Notes under the pieces: generated by a model
Seen by the model: the letters and a program-made list of their open reading frames with translations, nothing else
Database searches by the model: none
Told to the model about the DNA's origin: nothing
From: Gloeobacterales cyanobacterium
Lineage (GTDB): Bacteria; Cyanobacteriota; Cyanobacteriia; Gloeobacterales; PMM-0068
Direction of reading: 5' to 3'
Assembly: GCA_038245785.1 (NCBI GenBank)
Contig: JBBRSB010000033.1
Coordinates: 1-55,803 of the forward strand
Length of the DNA: 55,803 nt
Position numbers and translations under genes: made by a program
Part shown: positions 28,329 through 39,724 of the stretch, one piece after another
Layout: each line of letters opens with the position of its first letter
How positions within the stretch are numbered: position 1 is the stretch's first letter

Positions 28329-29926
28329 ATGCTGCTCACAAAAGTTGAACAACTTGGTAACTGGAATCCCCAACTACTTCGGGAACTTAAAGGCCGTCTT
28401 AAATTTCAGAATATAGTGCTAACAGTTATTGTATCTCTTGCAAGCCAATGTTTATTACTTTTGAATTTTTGGAGTTGGCTTCCATCCCATGAATCTAAAA
28501 CTAGCCCATATTGCACAGTGGAAGTGAGGGCTTTAGATAATGGAATAGTATCTTTACCAAAATGCGTATCAAACGGATTAGGACAAATTGATATTAACTG
28601 GCCGCTTTGGTGGTCTAATGTATTTCAGTCATTGAGTTTGCTTGTTCCTCTAATTTTAATTATTGGCGGAGCTGGCTTACTAATTATAAATCTGGTTCTG
28701 GAAGAACGTCGAGGAACACTTAATTTTATTCGATTAAGCCCCCAGCCAAGCCAGAACATTTTGCTAGGAAAGCTATTGGGTGTTCCAGTTTTGCTTTATT
28801 TAGGCATAGCTCTCTTTGTCCCATTACACCTGTTTTCTGCTTTGTATGGCTTGGTAAGTTTTTTAGATGTTCTAGACATCTATGTTTTGTAGCTAGCACA
28901 ATTATATTCGTCTATAGTGCTTCACTCCTTTTTGGTATATCTGGCGGACTGCAAGTTTGGTTAGGAAGTATCTTATTTCTCCCTATTAGCTTATTACTTT
29001 TTTTGTACACAGTGTTTGGTTTCAGGTCCTCCGAAGAATCGATACGGTGGTTTGGCATTCCTTTTTGGATGAATCCTGAAATCGCCCTGTCTTTTGCCAT
29101 ATTTAGTTTGGGAATTGGCACTTACTGGATTTGGCAAGCACTAATGAGCTGTTTCCAGAATCCTGTTTCAGTGATGCTTAGTAAACAGCAAAGCTATTGG
29201 GCAACTACTTCTTTTGAAATTTTCACAGTAGGCTTTTATCTATTTGACAAAAACACTTATGAAATGGAAACAAGTAGCCATGTTAATCTTGCAGTTATAC
29301 ATATAGCTTGGTTTCTTTGTTTAACTTTAGCCATGTCACCACGTCGTCAAACATTATTAGATTGGTCTCGTTATCGCCGGGACCATTCTACCCATAGCGA
29401 TTCTCAAATTCTTTCTTTGTTTCAAGACTTGTTGTGGAACGATAAAAGTCCAGCTTTAGTTGCAATGGGAGTGAATTTACTAATTGCTGCAATTGCGCTC
29501 TCTCCTTGGATTGCACTTTGGCCTAACCAAGAAAGCCGAATACAGGGCTTTCTTGGTTTCTTTTTCACACTGAGCCTTATCCTAATTTATTCCGCTATGA
29601 CTCAATTAATGGTATTCACTAAAGCTCATAGGTGTGGACTTTGGGTCACAGGAACAGTTGGTGCCATGATGCTAGTTCCAACTTTAATGGTATGTTTACT
29701 GTCTCTCTTGTTTCAAGAATTTCCTGGTTTGTGGTTGTTTTCTATGTTCCCGCTTCTTGCGGTAGGTAGTGCTTCTTTTAACGCTATACTTATAGGCCTT
29801 TTATGTCATTTTAGTATTCTTGGACTTTTAGCATTCCAGTTCACTAAGCAACTGCAAAAAGCGGGTGAATCAAATTCAAAGGCTTTATTTGAAGAACACC
29901 CTTCGAAATCTCCAGAACTGACATAG
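28329..29926 (+). pseudogene. ABC-2-type permease with a single frameshift near 28885-28890
   Basis: WNPQLLRELKGR, EERRGTLNFIRLSPQ; the frame ends YVL*, but a shifted frame from 28889 continues VASTIIFVYSASLLFG without a stop into ORF 29003-29926. Confidence 0.75.
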
Positions 29927-29928
29927 AT

Positions 29929-31800
29929 CTAACGATTGAGATCAGCAAGGGTTCTGCCGATAAGACCGCTCATCCGTTCTCCTCGTCCATCTAATCGGGC
30001 GGAAAATAGCTGAAGTTCTCCCTGGTTTCTGCGTAGACAGGTTTGCAGGAGCATGGTCAGCCGTTGGATCTGGAGTTGTTCCAGTTCTTCAGGATTTAAG
30101 GGTTGTTTACGCTGCATCGTCCATGGATTTAGACTGTTATGAACGCCCAGCCACTGGTCTGACAGGACATTCAACCAGGCTTGATGTGTGCTCACTAGAC
30201 CAGTGGCCAGGAACTGATAGGGCGTGCCAACCAAAACTTTGTTGGGAGTTGGCTCTTGCTGCTCTGGTCGCACAGGTGTGAGATTGCCTCCAAAAAGCTG
30301 TATGAGAAAATCTTCCTCTTCTCTCTGATTTTTCGGTTCCCAGAGTTCTTGGAACTGATGGGCGAGGGCGACACTTTGAGATAGCCGACCGCGCTCTAGA
30401 TCAGAGAGGGGAGCTGCACGAAGCAAGAATTCTGCTTCTTTCCACAAATCTGCAAGAGGTAAAACTTTTTCTCGTTGAGCGTTAACCCAGTCCAGCAAGC
30501 TTTGACAAGCCAGCGGTAGGTCCGGTAGTAATTCTGTGGTCAGCCCCAAAACAGGGTCGTGAATTTTGGGCGACCAAAAGTTTGCCTGACCAGAGGAAAG
30601 GCTGAGTCCGAATTCCAAAAGTTGGGTAACTTCAAAATGAGTGGGCATGTTGCTGAGTTCTGGGCGAACCAGACGCGTAAGCGTTCCCAAGAGTCTCACT
30701 ACCCCAAAATCTCCGACTCGATTGGTGCGCTCCAGGAAATGTAGAGGAATATTGGCCTCTTCAAAAGCTTCTTCTAAATGGCTGGTGGTAGCAAAATCTA
30801 AGGCCGGAACCAGTAGCGCGATGGTTTCCTTCCCATGCCATAGAGGTATAACCCACTGGACAGCAGATTTCCAGAGTAAGTACTGAGGACCACAGGAAAA
30901 ATTAGGGATTTTAGGAGCGGTATGACGGAGGTGAAAAATTTCTGGCAGGTTTTTGGCTAGGGTTTGCCAGCGTTTAGGGGTATGAACTTGAGTGAGTTCG
31001 ATAATGGGCGCTGCTTGAATAAAGGCACGGGCTCCTTCTGGATCTGCTCCCTGACCAAAGCGACAGCAACACTGAGGGTCTAAAGCACTATAGAGGGTTT
31101 TTGGGTTCAGGGCTTTAAGGAATTGATGGCCGATTGAGCACCATTCTTGGAGATTATCTACTAGCCAGAGCGTATAGCGTTTTTGTGGAATAGCTACGTC
31201 AAAATCTTTAGCCTTTCCAGTTAGTTTAGGCAATAAGACTTTTTGCCACAGGGCAAGCTGTTCTCCGTAGTCGAAGACTCCATGCTCAAGGCTCTGCTGA
31301 TGGTAATGCTGAAGCACCGACTGGAATGAAGCCAATCGCGGGTCTCGAACCCAATGCTCTAAATCTTCAGGAGCAAGTCCCTGTTCCCGCAGTTGCACAT
31401 TGGCACGCAGAAGTTCTAAGACGACATTAGTGCGGTTTTCGTCATTTATATTGATCAGCTCAGGTTTTGCGTTCAGCATCTGAGTTATGAAATACTGAGC
31501 ACCATCTACAGCCGGGAGTTTTGGCTGATCTACACTTGGAAGTCCTTGTTCTTGCCGCCAGGCCTCGATAAGGGGCCAATAGTCCAAGATCCAGCGACGA
31601 ATCCAGGCTCGGTAGGTGCCAATGTGGAGCGGCCTATCTTTGTGAGAACCTGATTGATGCCACCTTTGCCACAGCGCTACCTCTTGCGCATGATCCACCA
31701 GAACGATCACAGAATCCGGATCTGAACTTGCAAGCCAATGTTCTCGTAGGCAATGGGTTTTGCCCGTGCCTGTGATACCGAGGTAGGCGGTGTGCTGCAT
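29929..31800 (-). CDS. Degenerate UvrD/AddB-like P-loop protein
   Basis: GITGTGKT Walker A, GVFDYGE, LVDNLQE (Walker B variant), DP...RFGQGADP. Confidence 0.6.
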   Translation of the reverse strand: MQHTAYLGITGTGKTHCLREHWLASSDPDSVIVLVDHAQEVALWQRWHQSGSHKDRPLHIGTYRAWIRRWILDYWPLIEAWRQEQGLPSVDQPKLPAVDGAQYFITQMLNAKPELININDENRTNVVLELLRANVQLREQGLAPEDLEHWVRDPRLASFQSVLQHYHQQSLEHGVFDYGEQLALWQKVLLPKLTGKAKDFDVAIPQKRYTLWLVDNLQEWCSIGHQFLKALNPKTLYSALDPQCCCRFGQGADPEGARAFIQAAPIIELTQVHTPKRWQTLAKNLPEIFHLRHTAPKIPNFSCGPQYLLWKSAVQWVIPLWHGKETIALLVPALDFATTSHLEEAFEEANIPLHFLERTNRVGDFGVVRLLGTLTRLVRPELSNMPTHFEVTQLLEFGLSLSSGQANFWSPKIHDPVLGLTTELLPDLPLACQSLLDWVNAQREKVLPLADLWKEAEFLLRAAPLSDLERGRLSQSVALAHQFQELWEPKNQREEEDFLIQLFGGNLTPVRPEQQEPTPNKVLVGTPYQFLATGLVSTHQAWLNVLSDQWLGVHNSLNPWTMQRKQPLNPEELEQLQIQRLTMLLQTCLRRNQGELQLFSARLDGRGERMSGLIGRTLADLNR

Positions 31801-31867
31801 GGAGCAGTTATAACCTAGAGACGTACCTATCTGCTCATCGGCTGTTTAGGTGTGTAAACTTTGCAAC

Positions 31868-31892
31868 AAAAAACCCCATTACTGGGGCTTTT
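31868..31892 (-). terminator. Intrinsic terminator after rplO
   Basis: Minus strand GCCCCA-GTAA-TGGGGT followed by a T run. Confidence 0.75.
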
Positions 31893-31918
31893 AAATATCA
31901 AGAGTTCGAGAGCAAAGC

Positions 31919-32374
31919 TTAATGTTCAATGGTCCAAGAACCGCCTGCCGCTTCAATTTTAGCCTTAGCTCCACCGGTCAGTCCAGCAGCTTTCACGTTC
32001 ACGGCGACGGTTAGTTCACCGCGACCTAAAACTTTGAGTGGGCCGCAGCTATCGGTGAGAATCTTTTTGGCGAGGAGGGTTTCTAGAGAAACTTCTTCTC
32101 CTTTCTCAAGACTGTTTAGGCTATCAACATTGATTTCTGTATAGGTGATTTGGCCAGGAGGGGTGAATCCCTTGAGCTTGGGAAGTCGACGGTAAAGGGG
32201 AATTTGGCCCCCTTCAAATCCAGGACGGACTCCGCCACCAGAACGGCACTTTTGACCGCGCATTCCTCGGCCAGCGGTTTTACCTTGCCCCGCTGAGTGG
32301 CCACGCGCTAAGCGGCGGCGGCGGTGGGTCGCTCCTTCTTGAGGATGTAGATTACCTAAACGCATGGGGTTCAT
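31919..32374 (-). CDS. rplO: 50S ribosomal protein L15
   Basis: GRGMRGQKCRSG, GFEGGQIPLYRRLPK. Confidence 0.97.
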   Translation of the reverse strand: MNPMRLGNLHPQEGATHRRRRLARGHSAGQGKTAGRGMRGQKCRSGGGVRPGFEGGQIPLYRRLPKLKGFTPPGQITYTEINVDSLNSLEKGEEVSLETLLAKKILTDSCGPLKVLGRGELTVAVNVKAAGLTGGAKAKIEAAGGSWTIEH

Positions 32375-32376
32375 TC

Positions 32377-32967
32377 CTACTTGCTGTAGAGCTTACTAAT
32401 GGGAACGCCGCGCTCATCGGCGACATCTTTGAGATTACGGAGCTTGCCTAGAGCATCTACCGTAGCCCGAGCATTGTTCAAAGGAGACTTAGAACCAAGC
32501 GCTTTAGCAGAAATATTCTTGACTCCGGCTAATTCTAGAACGGTACGGACGGCACCACCGGCAATTACACCAGAACCCGCAGAAGCAGGCTTGATCATTA
32601 CCTTGGCTGCACCAGCAGCTCCATTGGCAGGATGGGGAATAGAGCCAATTTTGTTCAAGGGTACAGAGACCAGACTTTTCTGCGCAGCACTGACGCCCTT
32701 GCGGACAGCCCCGATGACCTCACTCGCTTTGCCTACACCAACAGCAACTTTACCTTTCTCATCGCCGACAACGACGACAGCACGGAAGCTCAGTTTTTTA
32801 CCACCTTTGACGACCTTGGTCACCCGGCGGACTTGAACTACGCGTTCTTTAGAATCGCTTTCTGTCTTGTTCTCAGGACCCCGGTCCCGCTTGCGACGAC
32901 GCTTATCGCCGCCTTGGCCATCAGGCCCACCAGCGGAACTAGTTCCTTGCTTTCCACGCTCTGCCAT
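32377..32967 (-). CDS. rpsE: 30S ribosomal protein S5
   Basis: [22 protein letters not shown]. Confidence 0.97.
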   Translation of the reverse strand: MAERGKQGTSSAGGPDGQGGDKRRRKRDRGPENKTESDSKERVVQVRRVTKVVKGGKKLSFRAVVVVGDEKGKVAVGVGKASEVIGAVRKGVSAAQKSLVSVPLNKIGSIPHPANGAAGAAKVMIKPASAGSGVIAGGAVRTVLELAGVKNISAKALGSKSPLNNARATVDALGKLRNLKDVADERGVPISKLYSK

Positions 32968-33005
32968 AGTGTTCCTCTCTTATCTTCCCTAAAAGTCTCT
33001 TGTCT

Positions 33006-33365
33006 TTAAAACTCGAGTCCGGCTTCTCGTGCGCCCTCGGCTAAAGCCTCTACCCGACCATGATAGAGATTACCACCACGGTCAAAAACTACCGTTTCTA
33101 TCCCCTTGGCTTTGGCCCGTTCGCCCAACAATTTACCAACAGCCTTGGCCGCTTCCACATTGGCACTGGAATCCAAACTTTTCAGGTCAGCGTCTAGCGT
33201 AGAAGCAGAACACAGCGTATTTTGAGCTACATCATCGATGACTTGGGCATAGATATGGAAGTTAGAGCGGTATACCGATAGACGGGGACGCTCAGGCGTA
33301 CCCGCAAGCTTCTTGCGGATACGGGTGTGACGACGATGAGTTGCAGTTTTACGATCCATTGACAT
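33006..33365 (-). CDS. rplR: 50S ribosomal protein L18
   Basis: [23 protein letters not shown]. Confidence 0.97.
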   Translation of the reverse strand: MSMDRKTATHRRHTRIRKKLAGTPERPRLSVYRSNFHIYAQVIDDVAQNTLCSASTLDADLKSLDSSANVEAAKAVGKLLGERAKAKGIETVVFDRGGNLYHGRVEALAEGAREAGLEF

Positions 33366-33376
33366 AGCAGTTGTTC

Positions 33377-33952
33377 CTATTTCTTACCGGACTTACCGGC
33401 CTTGAGTAGAATCCGTTCAGAGGTATAGCGGATGCCTTTTCCTTTGTAGGGCTCAGGCGGACGGACAGCCCGGATCTTGGCGGCCAAGTCCCCAACCTGC
33501 TGCTTATCAATCCCTTTGACAACAAAGTTGAACCCTTGCTGGTTGCGGGTTCCTGCGATCGGAGCAGGCTTGGCCTCTACCTCTACGGAGACACCTTCAG
33601 GAATTTCAATCTCTACAGGATGAGAATAGCCAGCAATAACAACTATCTTTTTTGCTTCTGATTGAAGACGATAGCCGACACCAGCAATCTGCATCGGTTT
33701 TGTAAAACCTTCGGTCACACCCTGAATCAAGTTGGCTACTAAAGTCCGGCACAACCCATGCTGCTGAAAGGCTAAACGATTGTCGTTAGCCCGCTCTACG
33801 AGCAGGGTATCCCCTTCCTGACGGACGGTCACATTCGCAGGCAGGACACGCTCTAGGGAACCTTTTGGCCCCTGCGCCTTCACGAAATTCCCGTCTAGGG
33901 TGATGGTTACCTTAGGGGGAATAGGTATAGGTTTTTTTCCAATCCGAGACAT
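33377..33952 (-). CDS. rplF: 50S ribosomal protein L6
   Basis: [19 protein letters not shown]. Confidence 0.97.
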   Translation of the reverse strand: MSRIGKKPIPIPPKVTITLDGNFVKAQGPKGSLERVLPANVTVRQEGDTLLVERANDNRLAFQQHGLCRTLVANLIQGVTEGFTKPMQIAGVGYRLQSEAKKIVVIAGYSHPVEIEIPEGVSVEVEAKPAPIAGTRNQQGFNFVVKGIDKQQVGDLAAKIRAVRPPEPYKGKGIRYTSERILLKAGKSGKK

Positions 33953-33966
33953 CGGAGTTAGCTCCT

Positions 33967-34404
33967 TTAATAGACGTAGCAGAGGACTTCGCCACCAACA
34001 CCCTGACGCCGAGCATCTCGGTCCGTCATAATCCCGGAGGAGGTGGAGATGATAGCAACTCCTACGCCACCAAGGACGCGAGGAAGTTCTTGCCTGTTGG
34101 CGTATACCCTCAGGCCAGGGCGAGAAACCCGCTTCAAACCCGTGATAATCGGCTTGCGCAGCTGACCCCGGTATTTAAGGGTTAGCTCTAGGCCGCTGTT
34201 GACGCCGCCTTCTTGCTGAAATTCTTGGAAGTCGGAGATAAAGCCTTCTTCCTGTAGAACTCTAGCGATGTTGCGGGTAATCTTGGTAGCCCGGACGATT
34301 ACAGATTCGTGGTGAGCCATGTTGGCGTTACGAATTCGCGTAAGCATATCAGCCACGGTGTCCGTGACGTTGGTGTTGAGTTTATCGGTACGTGTTTTAG
34401 CCAT
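33967..34404 (-). CDS. rpsH: 30S ribosomal protein S8
   Basis: [29 protein letters not shown]. Confidence 0.97.
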   Translation of the reverse strand: MAKTRTDKLNTNVTDTVADMLTRIRNANMAHHESVIVRATKITRNIARVLQEEGFISDFQEFQQEGGVNSGLELTLKYRGQLRKPIITGLKRVSRPGLRVYANRQELPRVLGGVGVAIISTSSGIMTDRDARRQGVGGEVLCYVY

Positions 34405-34416
34405 AAGAATTGCTCT

Positions 34417-34722
34417 CTACCAACTTGACTTAACGACGCCTGGCAAAAGACCCTGGTGGGCCATTTCGCGAAAGGCAATACGAGACAAACCGAAATCACG
34501 GATGTATCCATGAGGACGCCCGGTCAACCAGCAGCGATTGTGCTGACGAGAGGGAGCTGCATTCCGGGGAATTTCCTGGAGTTGCGCCTGCAGCGCGAAA
34601 CGGTCTTCCTGCGAAAGTTCGGGATTTTTCAGCTCTTCGAGGATTTGGTTACGACGGGTAGCATACTTCTCTGCTAGCTTTTTCCGCCTTTTCTCCCGTT
34701 CCACCATGGATTTTTTTGCCAT
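34417..34722 (-). CDS. rpsN: 30S ribosomal protein S14 (long, Zn-free type)
   Basis: [25 protein letters not shown]. Confidence 0.97.
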   Translation of the reverse strand: MAKKSMVEREKRRKKLAEKYATRRNQILEELKNPELSQEDRFALQAQLQEIPRNAAPSRQHNRCWLTGRPHGYIRDFGLSRIAFREMAHQGLLPGVVKSSW

Positions 34723-34750
34723 TAATTCAGGTTCCTAACTAGATAGTTCA

Positions 34751-35323
34751 TTACTTTTTAAAAGGCATGCCAAGGAGGGTAAGTAGCTCACGTCCCTCTT
34801 CGTCCGACGTTGCGGTGGTGCAGATGGAAATATCCATACCGCGCATCTTATCCACCTCGTCGTACTGAATTTCGGGAAAGAGAAGCTGCTCTCTGAGTCC
34901 CAAGGTGTAGTTCCCACGGCCATCAAAGGCTTTAGGATTGACCCCTCGGAAGTCCCGAATCCGAGGAAGAGCCACATTCAGTAGGCGGTCCAAGAATTCA
35001 TACATTTTGTCTCCCCGAAGGGTGACGACGAGACCGACCGGAACGCCCGCCCGAATCTTAAAGCCTGCGATTGCTTTCTTCGCCCGTGTGATCACAGGAC
35101 GCTGACCCGTGATGATGCTAATTTCCTTGGTGGAAACATCCAAAGCCTTTGCGTTGGAGGCTGCTTCTCCCAATCCTCGGTTAACCACTACTTTGGTCAA
35201 CTTAGGGACTTGGTGGATGTTCGTATACTTGAACTTCTCTGTCATGCGGGGCATAACAGTGTCACGATAGATGGTCTTTAGACGAACCGTGTATTCCAAG
35301 GATTCTTCGCTTTTAGTTACCAT
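34751..35323 (-). CDS. rplE: 50S ribosomal protein L5
   Basis: [21 protein letters not shown]. Confidence 0.97.
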   Translation of the reverse strand: MVTKSEESLEYTVRLKTIYRDTVMPRMTEKFKYTNIHQVPKLTKVVVNRGLGEAASNAKALDVSTKEISIITGQRPVITRAKKAIAGFKIRAGVPVGLVVTLRGDKMYEFLDRLLNVALPRIRDFRGVNPKAFDGRGNYTLGLREQLLFPEIQYDEVDKMRGMDISICTTATSDEEGRELLTLLGMPFKK

Positions 35324-35340
35324 AACTCTCGATCCCTTAC

Positions 35341-35682
35341 CTAGCTAATTTTTTCCCCGGTTTTCTTCAGAACACGGGTTTTAGCTCCGTTTTCTGCAAT
35401 CACATAGCCGACCCGAGATGCCACCTTCTGTTTTTCAGAGTAGAGCATCACTTTGGAACTATGGATTGGAGCTTCTTTCCGTTCAATTTGACCAGCTTGC
35501 TCACCATTGGGTTTGCGGTGATAGGTGCGAATATTCACCCCTTCAATCAAAACTTGGCTCGTCTCAGTAATAACTTTCTGGATTTTGCCTGTCTTGCCTC
35601 TATCTTTCCCAGAGATAACCTGTACAAGGTCTCCCTTTTTCACGTGCATTTTGAAGTGAGCTTTGCTGTTGCTAGTTGCCAT
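35341..35682 (-). CDS. rplX: 50S ribosomal protein L24
   Basis: [29 protein letters not shown]. Confidence 0.97.
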   Translation of the reverse strand: MATSNSKAHFKMHVKKGDLVQVISGKDRGKTGKIQKVITETSQVLIEGVNIRTYHRKPNGEQAGQIERKEAPIHSSKVMLYSEKQKVASRVGYVIAENGAKTRVLKKTGEKIS

Positions 35683-36083
35683 CAGAGCACCTCCGGAGCA
35701 AGAGAAACAATCTTTGTGAAACTCCGGTCACGCAGCTCACGCGCTACAGGACCAAAGACACGGGTGCCTCTAGGGTTGCCCTGGGCATTGATAATCACAG
35801 CGGCATTCTCATCAAAGCGAATGCTGTTGCCGTTATCGCGATGAATAGTATCCACGGTTCGGACAATCACTGCTCGCACCACTTCAGACTTTTTCACGGG
35901 CATATTCGGTTGCGCTTCTTTGACAACGGCTACGATGATGTCGCCAACTCCAGCTACGGTTTTATTACCGCCACCTTTGGTCAAGCCCTTTTCTCCAACC
36001 GTGCTTCCCAAAACTCGGATACACATGAGCTCACGGGCTCCCGTGTTGTCGGCTACTCTGAGACGGCTCTGTTGCTGAATCAT
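35682..36083 (-). CDS. rplN: 50S ribosomal protein L14 (with insertion)
   Basis: [29 protein letters not shown]. Confidence 0.97.
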   Translation of the reverse strand: MIQQQSRLRVADNTGARELMCIRVLGSTVGEKGLTKGGGNKTVAGVGDIIVAVVKEAQPNMPVKKSEVVRAVIVRTVDTIHRDNGNSIRFDENAAVIINAQGNPRGTRVFGPVARELRDRSFTKIVSLAPEVL

Positions 36084-36370
36084 GACTGCACCTCTTCAGC
36101 AGGGGCGCTATAGAGCTTGATTTCCTGTCCCTGGGGATTGAAGGAAGAAAGCACAGTCCAGCGCTTGGTCCGGCTTAAGGGAGGAGACTCAAGAATGCGC
36201 ACACGGTCACCAATCTTGCATTTGTTCTCTTCATCGTGGGCTTTGAACTTCTTCGTGTTCACCACGATTTTGCGGTACTTGGGATGAGGCGCACGGTTTT
36301 CAACAGCAACCACAATGGTTTTATCCATTTTGTCGCTGACTACGACCCCAATTTTTTCTTTTCTAGCCAT
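36080..36370 (-). CDS. rpsQ: 30S ribosomal protein S17
   Basis: [27 protein letters not shown]. Confidence 0.97.
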   Translation of the reverse strand: MARKEKIGVVVSDKMDKTIVVAVENRAPHPKYRKIVVNTKKFKAHDEENKCKIGDRVRILESPPLSRTKRWTVLSSFNPQGQEIKLYSAPAEEVQS

Positions 36371-36584
36371 CGTTCCTTACCTTTGCGCTAGCCTTGCGCT
36401 CTCCCTCGACAGTCATTAATTGAGCCAGCTTATGCTTGGCATGCTTAACCTGATGGGTCTTCTCTAGCTGACGGGTAACTTTTTGCATGCGAAGCTCAAA
36501 AAGTTCTTTTTTAACCGCCAGAATTTGGCCACTCAGTTCCGCATCGGATAAATCCCGGAATTCACTAATCTTCGTCAGGGCCAT
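36363..36584 (-). CDS. rpmC: 50S ribosomal protein L29
   Basis: [10 protein letters not shown]; position between rplP and rpsQ. Confidence 0.95.
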   Translation of the reverse strand: MALTKISEFRDLSDAELSGQILAVKKELFELRMQKVTRQLEKTHQVKHAKHKLAQLMTVEGERKASAKVRNDG

Positions 36585-37056
36585 GAGTGGCTTCCTCCTC
36601 TATCGGTGCGCTCTCAACCGCGACTTTGCTTGTTGCCGTGGGCACTTGCGCCTCACGGATCACAAACTTAGTTTTAATCGGCAGCTTATGGGTGGCAAGA
36701 CGCATCGCTTCACGGGCTGTTTCTTCAGGTACGCCCTTGATCTCAAACATCATCCGCCCCGGCTTGACCACCGCGACCCAGAACTCTGGAGCCCCTTTAC
36801 CAGAACCCATACGGGTTTCTGCAGCTCGTTGAGTCACGGGCTTATCTGGAAAGATGCGGATAAAGATTTGTCCACCGCGACGGATGTAGCGGATCATCGC
36901 CCGTCGAGCAGATTCAATCTGACGTGAAGTTATCCAGCAACATTCGCTAGCTTGCAATCCGAACTCGCCAAAGGCGACCGTGTTACCCCGTTGGGCTGCA
37001 CCGGTCATTCTGCCGCGCTGTTGCTTTCTGAATTTCGTCCTTTTAGGCATTAACAT
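36565..37056 (-). CDS. rplP: 50S ribosomal protein L16
   Basis: [22 protein letters not shown]. Confidence 0.97.
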   Translation of the reverse strand: MLMPKRTKFRKQQRGRMTGAAQRGNTVAFGEFGLQASECCWITSRQIESARRAMIRYIRRGGQIFIRIFPDKPVTQRAAETRMGSGKGAPEFWVAVVKPGRMMFEIKGVPEETAREAMRLATHKLPIKTKFVIREAQVPTATSKVAVESAPIEEEATHGPDED

Positions 37057-37070
37057 GACACGGCTCTCCT

Positions 37071-37790
37071 CTAAGTCTCTTCTGTACGTTCTTCATACTG
37101 GATACGCTTGCGAGGTTTGCGTGCTCGAGCTTCTTGGACAGCAGCGACCTCTTCTTGTCCAGGAAGAATCTCGCCACGGAATACCCACACTTTGACGCCA
37201 ATAATGCCGTAGATAGTTTTAGCGCGGCGCTCACAGTAATCCACGTCTGCCCTAAGCGTATGCAGTGGAACCCGACCTTCTCTGGCCCACTCACTACGAG
37301 CAATTTCTGCTCCGTTGAGACGACCTGAAACCATCAGCTTTATACCTTGGACCCCAGCTCGCTGAGCTCGTTGAATGGCTTGACGCATTACTCTGCGGAA
37401 GGCAACCCGACGCTCTAACTGACTGACAATGTAATCCCCGATCAATGCAGGCTCTGCGTCTACGCGAGCCACTTCCTGCACATTGATCCGGACAGATTTA
37501 CGTCCTAAAAATTGCTCCAGCTCTGTGCGCAGCTTGTCGATACCAGCCCCACCGCGACCGACGACTACTCCAGGACGAGCCGTGCGAATGCTGATTTCTA
37601 CTTGGTCTGCTTTGCGCTCAATCTCAATATCCGCGATTCCAGCACTCTCCAAGTTCTTCATGATGTAGGTGCGGATCTTGTAATCCTCTTCCAAGAGCAT
37701 CGGATAGGTCTTAGGCTCGGAGAACCAACGAGACTTGTGGGTGCGGGTGATGCCGAGGCGAAGCCCGACTGGATGTACTTTCTGACCCAT
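37071..37790 (-). CDS. rpsC: 30S ribosomal protein S3
   Basis: [28 protein letters not shown]. Confidence 0.97.
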   Translation of the reverse strand: MGQKVHPVGLRLGITRTHKSRWFSEPKTYPMLLEEDYKIRTYIMKNLESAGIADIEIERKADQVEISIRTARPGVVVGRGGAGIDKLRTELEQFLGRKSVRINVQEVARVDAEPALIGDYIVSQLERRVAFRRVMRQAIQRAQRAGVQGIKLMVSGRLNGAEIARSEWAREGRVPLHTLRADVDYCERRAKTIYGIIGVKVWVFRGEILPGQEEVAAVQEARARKPRKRIQYEERTEET

Positions 37791-38155
37791 TAGGACTGCT
37801 CCTCGATAGTGGCTGTTTCAGGAACCTGGACCATGACGGTAATGTGGCAGGTCGGCTTGCGTATCGGACGGGCTCTTCCCCGGTCCCCAGCTCGGAAGCG
37901 ACGTAGGCTTGATCCGCCATCGGCGAAACAAGTGCTAATCACCAACGACCGTTTATCCAAGCTGAAATTGTGTTCTGCGTTTGCAGCAGCTGATTGCAAA
38001 ACCTTTTTTATCGGTTCTGTAGAAGCATTGGGTAAAAACTCAAGGATGGTCAATGCATCCCCATAGGAGCGGCCTCGAATGGCATCCAGCACTCGGCGCA
38101 CCTTATAAGGTGACATGCGGATGTTCTTGGCTATGGCTTTCACTTCCTGTGACAT
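37790..38155 (-). CDS. rplV: 50S ribosomal protein L22
   Basis: [25 protein letters not shown]. Confidence 0.97.
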   Translation of the reverse strand: MSQEVKAIAKNIRMSPYKVRRVLDAIRGRSYGDALTILEFLPNASTEPIKKVLQSAAANAEHNFSLDKRSLVISTCFADGGSSLRRFRAGDRGRARPIRKPTCHITVMVQVPETATIEEQS

Positions 38156-38180
38156 GACGTTTCTCTAGCTCCTTTTGCGC

Positions 38181-38459
38181 TTAGCGCTTGCCTTTCTTAT
38201 CTTTACCCGCATGCCCTTTAAAGGTGCGTGTAGGAGCAAATTCTCCCAGGCGATGACCCACCATCTGCTCTGTGACGTACACAGGAACATGCTGCTTGCC
38301 ATTGTGTACAGCAAAGGTGTGACCAATCATTTGGGGCAAAATGGTGGAAGCCCGTGACCAAGTTTTAATCACCCGCTTTTCGTTGTTAGCGTTTAAGCGG
38401 TCTATCTTATCCAAAAGGCTCACCAGTACAAAAGGGCCTTTCTTCAGCGAACGTCCCAT
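38181..38459 (-). CDS. rpsS: 30S ribosomal protein S19
   Basis: [28 protein letters not shown]. Confidence 0.97.
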   Translation of the reverse strand: MGRSLKKGPFVLVSLLDKIDRLNANNEKRVIKTWSRASTILPQMIGHTFAVHNGKQHVPVYVTEQMVGHRLGEFAPTRTFKGHAGKDKKGKR

Positions 38460-38759
38460 GCAGGGCTCTCCTTGATAGTCACTGCAGACATCAGACAAAG
38501 CTAGAGCTCTATCTGAAAATCATTTTTGGTCAATTGAAAGGAACAAGAGGACTTAAGTAGTAAAGACCACCCAGTATCCTGAACCTGACCGACATCCCTA
38601 GGGCGTGCCAGCAACAGTCTGTAAATATACAACAAAATTCTGAACTCTGTCTATCAATTTCCTGGGGGTCAGAGAATTGATGGTCTTTCATGGACATGTT
38701 GAAGGATATGCTGGAACGGTTATCCGGTAGAATTACACGGAAGCTAAACGGGAGCCGTC

Positions 38760-39002
38760 ATGGGCAATGATGCCATTTTTGATAAAGTCCAGAACATAGT
38801 TGCAGAACAGCTCTCTGTCGAAAAAGAGCAGGTATCCTTGGAGTCCAATTTCGCAGACGACTTGGGTGCTGATTCCCTAGACCAGGTAGAACTGGTCATG
38901 GCTTTGGAAGAAGAGTTCGACATTGAAATCTCTGATGAAGATGCAGAAAAAATCACCACGGTGAAAGATGCTGTGTCTTACATCACAACTAAGCAGACCT
39001 GA
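38760..39002 (+). CDS. acpP: Acyl carrier protein
   Basis: [20 protein letters not shown]. Confidence 0.97.
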   Translation: MGNDAIFDKVQNIVAEQLSVEKEQVSLESNFADDLGADSLDQVELVMALEEEFDIEISDEDAEKITTVKDAVSYITTKQT

Positions 39003-39042
39003 ACGCAACCGTTAGGGTAGCTATTTTCAAATAAGCGAATTA

Positions 39043-39117
39043 CTGTTCTGTCCTACATCCTTACAAAGGGTTGGCCTCTCTAGCCTTTACTAAGGATGTT
39101 CGTACAGAACGGTTTTT
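39043..39117 (+). terminator. Long imperfect hairpin plus T-run between convergent acpP and yajQ
   Basis: Arms GTTCTGT..ACATCCTTA..AAAGG and CCTTT..TAAGGATGT..ACAGAAC, then TTTTT. Confidence 0.55.
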
Positions 39118-39174
39118 AGCTGCACCTCTCAGAGTGTAGGCAGAGAACTGACTGACTTTTTCTCTACGTCAAAA

Positions 39175-39663
39175 TTAGCGATAATTGGTGAATTGCAGTG
39201 CTGCGGGAAAATCCTCCGCTTTTAGGGTCTGAATCACGGCTTGCAGCTCGTCTCGATTTTTACTGACCACCCGGACCGCATCTCCCTGAATCTGGGCTGT
39301 AGCCTTGGATGTATCGCGGACAATTTTGCTAACTTGCTTCGCCAGTTCTTGCGTAAGTCCTTTTTTTAATTTGATCGTCTGGCGGACCCGCCCTCCACTG
39401 GCAGATTCCACTTTCTGCGCATCGAAAATCTTGATCGACAGTCCTCTTTTCAGAGCCTTCTGCTGCACGATGTCTACCACAGCATCCAAGACAAATTCGC
39501 TGGAGGTATTGATATTAATCTCGTCCTCGGCGAGGACGACCTCGGTTTTGGTGTCCTTGAGGTCGTAGCGACTGCTGATTTCACGATTGGCTTGGTCTAA
39601 AGCATTGACCAGTTCTTGACGGTCATATTCACTTACTACATCAAAAGAGTAGGTCGAAGCCAT
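39175..39663 (-). CDS. yajQ: YajQ-family nucleotide-binding protein
   Basis: [28 protein letters not shown]. Confidence 0.95.
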   Translation of the reverse strand: MASTYSFDVVSEYDRQELVNALDQANREISSRYDLKDTKTEVVLAEDEININTSSEFVLDAVVDIVQQKALKRGLSIKIFDAQKVESASGGRVRQTIKLKKGLTQELAKQVSKIVRDTSKATAQIQGDAVRVVSKNRDELQAVIQTLKAEDFPAALQFTNYR

Positions 39664-39724
39664 GATATGGCCCTCCTTGCTGAATTATGGGCAGGTTTTC
39701 TAGTCTAAACGTCTAAGCGCTTAA

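Noticed and set aside
32374..32377. Missing rpmD (L30) between rpsE and rplO
   Set aside because: Normal for cyanobacteria.
31929..38357. Many antisense ORFs over ribosomal protein genes
   Set aside because: Shadow ORFs of conserved genes with no motifs of their own.
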